Of a stretch of 64,000 bases of DNA, positions 1 through 10,473 are shown piece by piece. The stretch comes from Perna viridis. Taxonomy: Eukaryota. The notes beneath the pieces were generated by a model that had not been told where the DNA came from, made no database searches, and saw only the letters and a list, made by a program, of their open reading frames with translations. The number at the start of each line of letters is the position of its first letter. The stretch's first letter is position 1. The stretch covers positions 14,012,001 to 14,076,000 of the forward strand of contig CM074511.1 in assembly GCA_037379345.1 (NCBI GenBank), given 5' to 3'. The translations under genes and the position numbers were made by a program.

Positions 1-2084
1 AGTAAAAACAGAGAAAAGGGGTTAAAATTGATATCCGACCAATGAACCTGGTCCAAACCCCTTTTTTCATCAAGCCTGGGTTGCTAATTAATTCTTTAAA
101 TTTTTATATGTTATTCTTATGACTATTTTTGTATTTATGGTGCTTTGTCTTGACTATGGATATCCTGTTCTTCATACCAATGTTCTCAAAACCAACAGTG
201 TTGGGTGCTCAATTATTATATAACAAACACAAATAAATAAATATCTATGTGCTTAAAAGCTTTAAAGCACTTAAAGTGTTGATCATGTAAAAAGAAGTAA
301 GTTACTTTATATAATAATATTCATGCTTTTCTGTTGTACGAAAAGTTTGGAAACAGAACAAGTTGTCGGTAAGTGATTTGCAAACAATTTTAGAGGCATT
401 TTTGTTTAGTGATAAAAAAGTGAACTTTTGTCGGAAAAAGTTCGTATTTAAATTCTTGAAATTCTATACATGTGATCTTTACATGTTACCTGTTTTCTGA
501 TACCTACAATAGAATTTCACTTAAATTACTGATTAAAATGTATTGGCATTGATTGATCTTTGACCCCTCCTCTAATTAATGCAAAATTTCAGAAAACTCT
601 ACCATGTTTCAGTAAGAAAAGCACTTTTTAGAACCTGTATGCAGCACTATAAGTAAGTTCACAATGTGATTGACATTGAATCAATGGGACCACCAATTAT
701 ATCCTCAGAACATGTCATTGTATGTGCTGTAACATTAAAATTCTGTTGTGTAAGATACCTACTGTTTTCAAGTTTCCAGCCTGATCTAAGGGTCATTTAT
801 CACACCTAACTATACATTAACAATGATCATATAGAAAAACAAAACACCAAACAATTTGCAGTGACGATAAAAAAAAACAATTATACATACTTACAATATT
901 TTTTGTCTTAAAACCATAACCTAACCCTAGTTTTGACGTTAATTGTCTGAAAAAGTAGAATTTCTAGGAAAATTAATATATGAAGTCAGACAAGAAAATA
1001 AAGCAGGAATCAAACAAAAATAAAGATACATAATATAATGTCAAAATGTCTTCCAGACATCATATTTTCAGTTTAAATGAGACTTTTGTCTGTATCTTTA
1101 AGGATTTACAGCTAAATAACACTGTGTTGTTATATTTTATCCCTGTCTAACATGGAAGAATTCTTCTACAAAAGGAAAACAAGTTCAGTATAGAGATCAT
1201 TGGGTTATAAGATTAAGGTCTGATATAAATGTTTCTGTGTTACACATACAAACATGAGAAACTGGGATTTACTTGCACTAATCAATACTTTGTTTACAAT
1301 ATTTTTTGAATAGTTCAACCTGTCAAAATGGAAGAGTAATCAAGGGAACCAAGGTAATCAAAAGAATTGGAACCCTCAATAAACTGAAAACCTGTTTAAA
1401 CCAGACACTATAAATGTATTTTGAACTTTGCTAAACTGAACATGTCAGGCTAACTCAAACTAAGTCCAAATTCATTGTACATACGGCTGTCCAATCTATT
1501 TCCTGCATGTACAGTTTATGGATTAATATGAACATAAAAAAGTAAGATCCTAGGATAAAACCATAGCAGGCACTAACCACATGACAATACAATACATTTT
1601 ACAAACCTCAATCAATGATATGCCACATTCGTCTCTAGGTGTATTTGCTCTTTATTTTTTTAGCCAGATAAGTAAATTAGAAATGATATATTTCATAAAA
1701 CTTTCTAAAATATTTATACCAAAGATCTGAAATAATCACCATTGACATTTACTTACCCTAATTGTTACTAAATGAATTGTTCAATGATATAAAAAGTCTA
1801 CTGATAGTTTTATCTGAACAACAACTTGGTCTTTTGTTTTTGTATTTAGTTTTTTCATGTATTGGGAATATCCCGTTTAATAAATTACAATGTCGACAAG
1901 AAAATAATAGTATATCACTGCCATTAGAGTCCAGAGAGTTGATATCCAGTGGTAATTTCTATGGAACAATTAGACCCTTATGAAATGGAAACAAATCATT
2001 CATTCTCCATTGACAAATTTGATACGGATGCCTGACTGAATATGAATGACATTAATGAATCCTGTATCTTTTTCCTTGAGACAG

Positions 2085-2129
2085 GAAGTGTCAAGAAGTC
2101 GTGGAGATGTCTCACTGATTTTTCCAGCT
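2085..2129 (+). other. Candidate 45-nt symmetric cassette exon
   Basis: Acceptor tatctttttccttgagacag| and donor |gtaagt at 2130. Length is divisible by 3 and two frames are open (EVSRSRGDVSLIFPA, or phase-1 (G)SVKKSWRCLTDFSS). No homology recognised. Confidence 0.35.
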
Positions 2130-3304
2130 GTAAGTAAGAAACGTTATTGATAAGGATATGTCTAATAACCAAGTCCCCTGTTGACAGTATCAGATGATTT
2201 CCATGGTATATAAAACCGATTCATCAGGGCCATTACCCTTTTGGTATATAGATCTTTGTGAATCAATTCTCTCTCGCTTTAGTCTCCAAGTTGTAGAATT
2301 TTGTAATAAAAGATTGAAGATGGTGCTGATCCAGAGATTTTGAAAAGCAGGGGTTCTAGGGTAATATTTGCTCATTTTTGCCTCAATTTAGTTGAAAGTC
2401 AACAAAAATGTTCCTATAAGAGCAAATCCAACTCAAGAACCCCCCGGGATACCACCGCACTAGTCTGTCTTCAGCAAAATACCTTTAAAAAATGTTTTTT
2501 TATATCAGATTTTTAGGCTACAAGAAATTAACTTCATTTACTTTGTTAATTTCATTTTATGAATGTTATTTAAAATATTCCCTTTTCCACATTGTCTATC
2601 AACATGAACAAAATGTCATCAGTTGTATCAATCTTATTACTTAACTGTGCAATTGAAAGTTTCCTTTTTTTTCATTATCTATCAAATGTTTCAGGCTACA
2701 CAAAATAAAATGTCATCAATTTTATTACAATAATGCCATTCTATAAATGAGTTTTTGAATAATTTTTAATGAAAATTGTTATATTTTTCATGATCTATGA
2801 ATACAAGAATATTTTTAAATTACTTATGTTTATTTTGAAGAACAGCACTATAACATTAAAAACAAGCATTTAGATTTTTGGATTCAGATATATGTACAAG
2901 AATAATGTGGTACAAAGTTGTCTCCCTTCTACAGGAAAGATAAAATTACCAGCTTAACTATTCATTCATAGAATTGTCTTGAAACTTTCACCACTGTTTA
3001 CAATCCCATGTGGAATAGTAGAAATGTTGAGAATTTTTTTTTCTAAATAGAACTAATAACAAAAACAATAAGTTCTCTTGATATTCATCTTTAGGTAACT
3101 GGTATCTGAAATTCTGAATTTGTATGTTTTCTGATATGATTATTTAACGATTCCCAAAATTCAGTGTACAAGTACATAGATCATCAAATTGTTCTTAAGA
3201 TCCTTTTGCCTTAAATCGTTATGATTTGGACATTCTCCAATGAAGTGGTTGGCTGTTTCTACATTTTCACATGGACAGGTTTTGCTTTTAATTAAGTATT
3301 TTAT

Positions 3305-3675
3305 CACTGTCCTGAACTAGCCCGGTTTAGGTTTTTCTTGGACCTGGTTTTGATAACACAAGATGACACTTATAAGATGAAATGATGGAAAGAATGCTCG
3401 ACCCTCTGCTTGATTTCATTTTTTTTCACAATAAACAAGATTTCAATCAATGTTCTGTTGAGATTAAAGGCATTTTCATCCGTATATGAGGATTGTTAGT
3501 AATTTAGAATGTCATTGCTGTTTGTGTGTTACAATTTTAAGCAGTTACAAGTATGCATAAAGTCGTACTAGAAAGATATATAAGACTTGTACCTTTCGTC
3601 AAAGTGCCTGTCTGCCATCTTGCGTTATTGAAACCAGGTCCAAAAAAATCTAAACCAGGCTCATTCAGGACAGTG
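3305..3675. mobile_element. MITE with ~57-bp TIRs ending CACTG...CAGTG (Transib/RAG-like or CMC-like non-autonomous element)
   Basis: Left end cactgtcctgaactagcccggtttaggtttttcttggacctggttttgataacacaagatg; reverse complement of right end cactgtcctgaatgagcctggtttagatttttttggacctggtttcaataacgcaagatg. Flanks tttat / cttat (4 of 5 match). Confidence 0.85.
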
Positions 3676-4059
3676 CTTATAAAAGAAATGGTCTTTCATT
3701 CTTAATCTCAATGTATAGATTTAGTTACTCTGTTCACCATAGTGAACATATCGAACTCAACATTCGTTCTGATTAAAAAATGTTTTAAGTTGAGAATTAG
3801 AGAAGTTAGAAGTGACTGTCAATTTTAGTGTAATCCAAGCCTGAATAGAAAACGGAAGACAATAATTTTGATAATATGGTGTTTTTCATTGTATGATCCT
3901 GATAGGTTAGTCCTGTGATGGTGAAGGTTTAATATAATTAATTAGCTATAATATTACCTTCCTATCTAACAAAACATGTAGATCCGTAAAAAAATAAATG
4001 AATTGCTCAATACACTCTGAAATCTATGTTTATCATGTAATGGGAACATACACTTCTGT

Positions 4060-4164
4060 TTCTGGCAAAGCAGAGGAAGCTTACCCTACCGTTGCACCTG
4101 CTCCCTACTCCCTGTCATAAGAAAAGTTCAGGTTGCTCATTCAGTCTTTAGATTCTGAATGTAC
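4060..4164 (+). repeat. Degenerate bivalve interspersed repeat (PLE-associated tail type), interrupted by a HINE
   Basis: gcttaccctaccgttgcacctg...gttcaggttgctcattcagtctttag resembles, from memory, the abundant bivalve motif gcttacccttccggagcacctg...gttcgtgttgctcaatctttag. T-rich sequence of the same character continues after 4765. Confidence 0.4.
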
Positions 4165-4765
4165 TTTTTATCTCACCTTGCCAAAGGCCAGGTGAGCTAT
4201 TACCATCACTTGAAGTCTGTCATCATTGTCTGTCGTCGTCGTCATTAACAATTATATAAAACTCTTCTCCCCTGAAACTTCTTGACTAATTAGAACCAAA
4301 CTTGGTATGAATGTTCCTTGAGGTATTCTGCATAGAACTGATGTGGGTATCTTTGATTCGTTGAAAAACATAGACACCGTTACTAAAAATAAAACATAGG
4401 GGTGAGACAGTTTTTCACACATATCTCCTAAACCATTAGGTTTAGCTAAATTCTTTCAATACTTGAAATGATCCATATTATGAGGGCTACAAAAGTCTTC
4501 AGGGATAAAAGTTGTCAGATGACTCCTTGTAAGAGTTATTGCCCTTGAAAGGGGAAAAATGACTTTTGATTAACAGTTTTCAGTCAATATCTTTAAAATT
4601 ATGGTAGATTAAAAGAAACTTACAATTGTTGAAAGGATCTTATGATAAGTCCTACCAAAGACTTCTTGAGTTAAAATTGTTGGACAACTTCTTGTTAAAT
4701 TTATTGCCTTTGAAAGGCAAAATTCAACGAGGTGAGCGATTCAGGCTCCTGGGAGCCTCGTGTTT
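4165..4765 (+). mobile_element. Helentron-associated non-autonomous element (HINE/DINE-like), family A
   Basis: Starts in a T-run. 5' hairpin ctcacct..gccaaaggcc..aggtgag, (GTC)n microsatellite, 3' subterminal inverted repeat aggtgagcg and 3' palindrome aggctcc-tg-ggagcct (4743-4758). Homologous to 53278-54037. Confidence 0.85.
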
Positions 4766-4827
4766 AGTAACTTATTGTGTTTGGTCAGTTTTCTTTTTCT
4801 GTTTTCTTTGTATAACCTTTGTTCTTT

Positions 4828-4905
4828 ATCGTTGAAAACCCACGGCTGATTCCAGTGTGAATGGAGAAAGTTACGCATTGGAATCAGCCATGGGTTTCGA
4901 ACGAT
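4828..4905. other. 78-nt near-perfect palindrome/hairpin
   Basis: 32-nt arms with 27 Watson-Crick pairs and 2 G-U pairs around a 14-nt loop. Confidence 0.85.
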
Positions 4906-6124
4906 GTAGTCTATGGATCATTAATATTCTGCTCCTTATTCAAACCATAGTGTTTTCTTTTACTAAATTGACACATATCTACTCATACTTCTTTAGAAAC
5001 TGTTTGAGTTGGTGGCTTTACTTTTTGGATTCATTTTAATGAACAAGGTTTTTAATTTACTTTTTTAACATGCCTTCACCTTTGAAAAAAAATTAAAATA
5101 CAGAAATCTCTCTGTTGTATAATTTATAGTATAATTTATGTATAAATTATCAAATCCAATAGATGTTTGTTGGAATAAATCTATTATTCTTCCTGTTACA
5201 AACTAAATCACAAGATTTTTATATTTATCTGTTAAATTTAAGAAATTAATTCTATGTCTCAATAACATGCATGAAAATTGAATGCTTTAATTTGCATTCC
5301 CTAAGCTCATTTATGACCAATTATATCGAGTTTTCATTTCGTGCATCAGAATTAAATGCAGATAAAATTAATTTGAGACAAATTAATATTTCTACAGCAA
5401 ATATGCAGAGAATAAATTTATCCATTATAGTGTAAATTTCCATTTTTTTATTGCGCAAAATCTTGATTTCATGAAATTGCAAACTTATTGAGTAGTTAAT
5501 GACAAAAAAGATATTTCTGAGCTTTAATTAATAATGGTATTAGAATTAGATATTGGTCTCTGATCTTGCTCACAAATGGGACAGTGATACTGTATTTACT
5601 TTCTGTAACACTTGCTTTGTTTTTATTAATGTTGGTTGGATTTATAGCAATAGTGTTCTATGCTGAGGTATAGCAATGTTGTAAAGTGATATAACACCAA
5701 CAGCAAGCTATAATGAGAGTTCAGAGATCCCTACTTGGTCATCAGACATTGAACTTCACACTATAAAGTTGTGATAGGCCCCAATATGGACATAAAAATG
5801 AGTTTTACATCTTGTATAATGTAGCAAACATTAATAACACTGCAAAAATATGTATAGTTTCGATTTGAATTGCAAAATATATAGATGTTTGTTGATTGAC
5901 ATGAGTTGAATACGTACAGACAGTCAAATATATTATGAATTGCCTCTTTTCGGTGGTGAACCTGAGGGGCTGAGTTGGTTCCTGTGATTAAACCTGTCTT
6001 TAGTGGAAAAAAAATCAAAAATTTTGTGCAAAATTACTGTAAAAATGAAGAAATTAACCTACGTAGTTTTAGTTAATAGAGCTGAAAAAGGTACATATAC
6101 TTGATTTGACTGATTGTTAGTTAC

Positions 6125-6565
6125 TATTCGCCATTTGTATTCTGTCTGTCTGTCTGTCACACTTTTTTTTGTCATGCTTGTAGATATTTATTAAATATTT
6201 TGGTACATTGCTTTACAATGGCAAGTTACAGATCAGGGTTGAAAAATTTTCCATTCTGTTCATTTTTTTTTTTGCTGAGTTATGGCCCTTGGACTTTATT
6301 GATATTAATTCAGACTTGAAGCTTGTCATGCTTGCAGATATTCGAATGATATTTAGTACATTGCTTTACCATGGCAAGTTATAGAATAAGTTTGTAAATT
6401 GTTCAGGTCTATTGATTTTGTTCTGAGTTATGGCCCTTGGACTTGACATTTTCTGCACTTTTTAGTAAACAAAATTTGCATGTAGTTTGCATTCTTTTCA
6501 CTTTAACAGACATTTTTTTTCTGGAAGGGGACTTTGTAATGATATGCAATACACTCTTTCATTTT
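6125..6565 (+). mobile_element. HINE family B, 5'-degenerate copy
   Basis: (TCTG)n followed by two ~150-bp core repeats, each ending gagttatggcccttggactt; 3' ggaaggggact. Homologous to 58864-59407. Confidence 0.75.
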
Positions 6566-6889
6566 CACCTCCGCAATATTTATTTGCAGTAACTTTTTAA
6601 ATGATTAGTATGAGATAATTAAAAGAAAAGAATTAAATAAAAATATTGTAACATTAAACACAAACTAATGATTTATGGCTTTTTGTACTGCAATGATTTG
6701 TCTTTTGATATTAGATGGAAATTGAATCTTAAGCTCATCCAAAATTATTTCTTCCAAATCAAGATCTTCATTCTGATAAGATATGGCATACCACTAAGAT
6801 GGTATGATAGGGGAGATATGCCTTAGAAATGAATTTTCTAGATGTTTTTTGTGCTTGAATAAATTCCTTTGTAAAGCTAATGGATCCAT

Positions 6890-7102
6890 ATCACGATGAA
6901 ATGATATTATTTAATATTGGACGTTCAATTGACGGAAGCAATGCCGAATTTTGATTGTTGGAGATACTTTATAGCTAATATCGTATAATCTTGATTGTCA
7001 GAAGGAAAATCACTTTAGACGGAATCGAGAAATAACATTTATATTACTGGTGACTTGATATTGTATTTAGAAATGAACTGTAATACATCAGGTTCGGTAA
7101 GA
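6890..7102 (+). promoter_or_regulatory. CpG-retaining patch ending in a candidate alternative first coding exon (MNCNTSGS, 7073-7096)
   Basis: 9 CpGs in ~230 nt against a depleted background. ATG at 7073, 8 open codons, donor tcg|gtaaga at 7097. Confidence 0.35.
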
Positions 7103-7213
7103 ATGTCAAAGGAGCGAGTCTGACTATTATGAATCATACTTCCAACACAATAAATGTCTATGATACCATAGACCAAACAGTATATGTACAGACAGAGTCA
7201 AGAATACCAGGTC

Positions 7214-7452
7214 TATGGGAGCAACTATTTGATTTTTAGGGGGGAGTAGGGGATAGAATGAAATTTTCTATCCTGTTTTTTATTTTGAGGAAGTATAGAT
7301 TTTGCTGTTTTCTACAATAAACAATACAATATTAGCTAGGACAATAAATTATCCCATCTTCTCATTTTTTCCATATGGTCTATTTTGCTATTTTATTTCA
7401 AATTTAATCCTATCACCCCCATAAAAATCAAATGGTACATGTAGTTCCCTAA
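7214..7452. mobile_element. MITE with GGG termini (PIF/Harbinger-like)
   Basis: Left TIR gggagcaactatttgatttttaggggg; right TIR (rc) gggaacta[catgta]ccatttgatttttatggggg; taa on the right flank. Confidence 0.7.
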
Positions 7453-8239
7453 CAACAAAAATATATAGCAAACTCAAAACACAAAAATTAATTGTATAAA
7501 TTTTACTTGCTCCATCTAGGAGCATGGGTGAGGAGTACCCACCCATTTGCTCAGATCATATTTGGAAGCAGGGGCTGCTTATCAAATATACGCCAGTAGT
7601 TACCTGAAATTTGCCAGAGTTTTCTTTTGTTAGCTTCCTAGTTTTGAATGAAAAGGACCAACAAAAACACGTTTTTTTCCTAATTTATAAGTATAAGTCA
7701 TTAATTAGCTTTTTAAAGCATATAATTACAATGTTCTGGTAAAATGAGTTTTACGTGAGCTGCAAAAGTGTTAACAAGATACCTGCTAAAAAGAAAAGGT
7801 AGCTCTGTCCAGGGATGAAATTTTATACTTATAACTAGGGCATGTATCATATACCCACTTTATGAGTGTGTTTTATATTGGAATCGCTTTCACTGTCGGG
7901 ACGTCTTTCTGCCTGTTGAAATGTCCATCCAAATTTTGTTGAAATTTTCTCAACTCCCAGTGGATGGATTGCTTGGTATGAGCCTTTATATAGATTGGAT
8001 ATAGATTGTAAGCAGTTTTGGTTGTTGTCCAATATCAATTTCTATTTTGTGGTTCTTAAGATTTTAATCAGAAACATTTGTGCTGCCACTGGACAAATTG
8101 ATTTCAAATATGGTGTGTGGATTTATATATATGATACATATGTTATAATATAAAGGATTTTGGTGGCTGCACTACCACATGAGGATTTACCTTTTAAGAC
8201 ATTGTATGCAAGTTCATGTTTTTGTTGTAACATTAGTTA

Positions 8240-9300
8240 TTGAGAAGTAAAGTTTCAGCAATGACTTATAACCGAGATGAAAATGTCAGCCCAAGGCTTC
8301 CCATTGGTCTTCAATGAACGACGAGGAAACCCTCATACCACAGAGCAGACTGCGGCTGGCTCCAAAACATCATTATATACCGGTACAGTAAAAGAGGGGC
8401 CCCTACATACTCAAGTAACATAAAAGTAAACTTAAGGGAAAACAAAACAAGACAAACAAAGGCCAGAAATTCCTGACTCGGGACAGGCACATAAATGTGG
8501 CACAGTTAAAGTACTATGGTGTGATCACAACCCTTCCCCCTTAAATCTGGCCACTTTGAAAAAAAATGTTACACAATTAAACATACCTAAAAATCAGTTC
8601 AAAAGGTTCTGAGTCCTTTGTTACAATGAAATTAAAGAAACTGAATGTAAATTACACAAATGTACAAACTAAGGACTACTAATAGTTAAATGACATGCCA
8701 GCACCAGACCAATTTAAACCTACAAAAAGTTTTGTCCCTATCGTGTGTAAAATCAATCCCAATTCTTCCCATGTGGGGTTTAGAATCATGGTACATCAAT
8801 ACAAGAAATGGACATTCTTTATTTTCAATGTTTTCTTTATTCAAAGACAGTTCTACAGGATATATATCTTTAGTATACTTTAGTATAAATGTTGAAGTCA
8901 TCATTGTCTAGAGCCAAAATATTGTCCACATATGTAAAAGTGTTATTAATTTTTTCTACCAAATGTTGTTTGGAAGGGTCTTTATTTATTCTACCCATAA
9001 ATTGTGATTTGTAACAGTACAGAGAGAGATCCACAATAAGTGGTGCACAATTGGTCCCCTTGGGAATTCCAATAACTTGATGATAAATGGTTTTGCCAAA
9101 AAAAAATGTTGTCTCACTGGACTTTGAGTGCTGTAAGCATATCAAAAGAAGTTTTTACATTTTTTTTTACTTAAAAATGATGTAAAAGAATTCGAACAAA
9201 TATATTCATATCTCGATTTATAGTACATTGTATACTATTTAATTTCTTTTGTTGAGTGATAGGTTTTTTAAATGTATGTAACAGTGTTAACCATCAAATA
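8240..9300 (-). mobile_element. Degenerate Penelope-like retroelement fragment (probably Naiad/Chlamys type) with its 3' non-coding region
   Basis: RT motifs YHQVIGIPKGTNCAPLIVDLSLYCY...FTYVDNIL and KDIYPVELSLNKEN...CPFL, with EYICSNSF upstream. The downstream region carries a Nin/Deu-like motif (rc gtgcctgtcccgagtcaggaatttctggcctttgtt). Confidence 0.8.
8800..9145 (-). pseudogene. Inactivated PLE reverse transcriptase segment
   Basis: Catalytic YxDD reads YVDN. A 10-bp tandem duplication (ctttagtata twice, 8868-8887) shifts the frame between the two ORF-track fragments. Confidence 0.8.
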
Positions 9301-9358
9301 ATGATTATAATATATTTTTTGAATAACTGTACTAATATGGATTTAAGAAGAACTAAAT

Positions 9359-9568
9359 TATTGTGAAAGTACGTTTATTCATGGGTACTGATTTTCATGG
9401 TTTAGGGAATAAATGTTAGTTTGTATATTTGTGAATTTGTGGATTTGACAAATCCATTTTAAAGATGTATTGGAAATTTTCTTTTTGTTTGGAAGCAAAT
9501 TTTGTGGTTAACCAAATCCACGAAAAACCACAAAATAAGACCTCTTGAACAATAGAACTTCCACGGTA
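9359..9568 (-). mobile_element. TA-flanked MITE (Tc1/mariner-like), inverted relative to 43637-43832
   Basis: Ends tattgtgaaagtac and aacaatagaacttccacggta closely match the reverse complements of the ends of the 43.6-kb copy. Confidence 0.7.
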
Positions 9569-9714
9569 AGTATATTGTTGTTGAGTAACTAATTTGAGCT
9601 GATGATTGACATATTATAAACTTTTACATGATTTTTTTGGCTCATATTTAAATTAAGTAGCCTAATTACAAAAATTAAATTTGTTTCTCTTTTAGATACA
9701 TTTCTTTTCATTAG

Positions 9715-9760
9715 AATGGTATTATTGAATATTTAGCAAGGAGAGAATTGATTGAAAAAG
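9715..9760 (+). other. Candidate 46-nt micro-exon (NGIIEYLARRELIEK + g)
   Basis: Long pyrimidine tract with acceptor ttttcattag|, open frame, donor aaag|gtcagt. Confidence 0.3.
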
Positions 9761-9775
9761 GTCAGTTTTGTGTTG

Positions 9776-10473
9776 TTTTTATGCCCCCATGACAAGCAGT
9801 TGGGGGCATATTAATTTACCCCTGTGCGCCTGTTCGTCCTTCCATTCATCCGGATTACACATGATCATGGCTTGTCCGGCTATCTCCTCGTACAGTTTTT
9901 GAACTACATCTAAAATATTTTACATGATATTTATACACGTGATGAAGGTGTGTAGGGTAAAAGGATTTTGATTTTCATGAAATAATACTGTAAATGGTGA
10001 TAGTTACACTTAATCATTTTCATCAGAAATAGGACTATATGGCTTGTCCGGCTATCTCCTCTTGTAGTTTTTGAACTACATTTAAAATATTTTTGCAGGA
10101 TATTTCTACACATAATGATGGTGTGCAAGGTCATAGGATTTTGATTTTTTAGAGTTTTACGGAACTGGGTCGTAGTTGGAATTTGGAATGTTATGGAATT
10201 GGATGTTAGTTGGACTTTGTAATTTTTGTCAGAAATATACCCCAAACAATTATTATTAGGAGTATTAACATTTTTTTATGTGTCTGTCAGTCCATCCGTC
10301 AGTCCTCTTTTTCTCATTACAAGTATTTTTGCAGTGCTTAGCAAATATTTAATGCATCAACCAACAGTACATAACATTTCTGAATCTGCAAACCACATCT
10401 TCATACAAATATAAATATGTTCTTAATAAGAGCGGGGGCATCATTAGTGTCTTACAGACACATTTGATTTATT
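9776..10473 (+). mobile_element. HINE family C
   Basis: 5' IR atgccccca...tgggggcat after a T-run, two core repeats starting atggcttgtccggctatctcctc, 3' gcgggggcat and palindrome gtgtct-tac-agacac (10447-10461). Confidence 0.8.

Noticed and set aside
2196-2230. Hammerhead ribozyme core on the minus strand (CUGAUGA...GAAA)
   Set aside because: Stem II does not close properly (A opposite G at the base) and there are no convincing stems I or III.
4828-4905. Integron attC site
   Set aside because: The core motifs are in the wrong order (GTT on the left, AAC on the right) and there is no integrase or cassette context.
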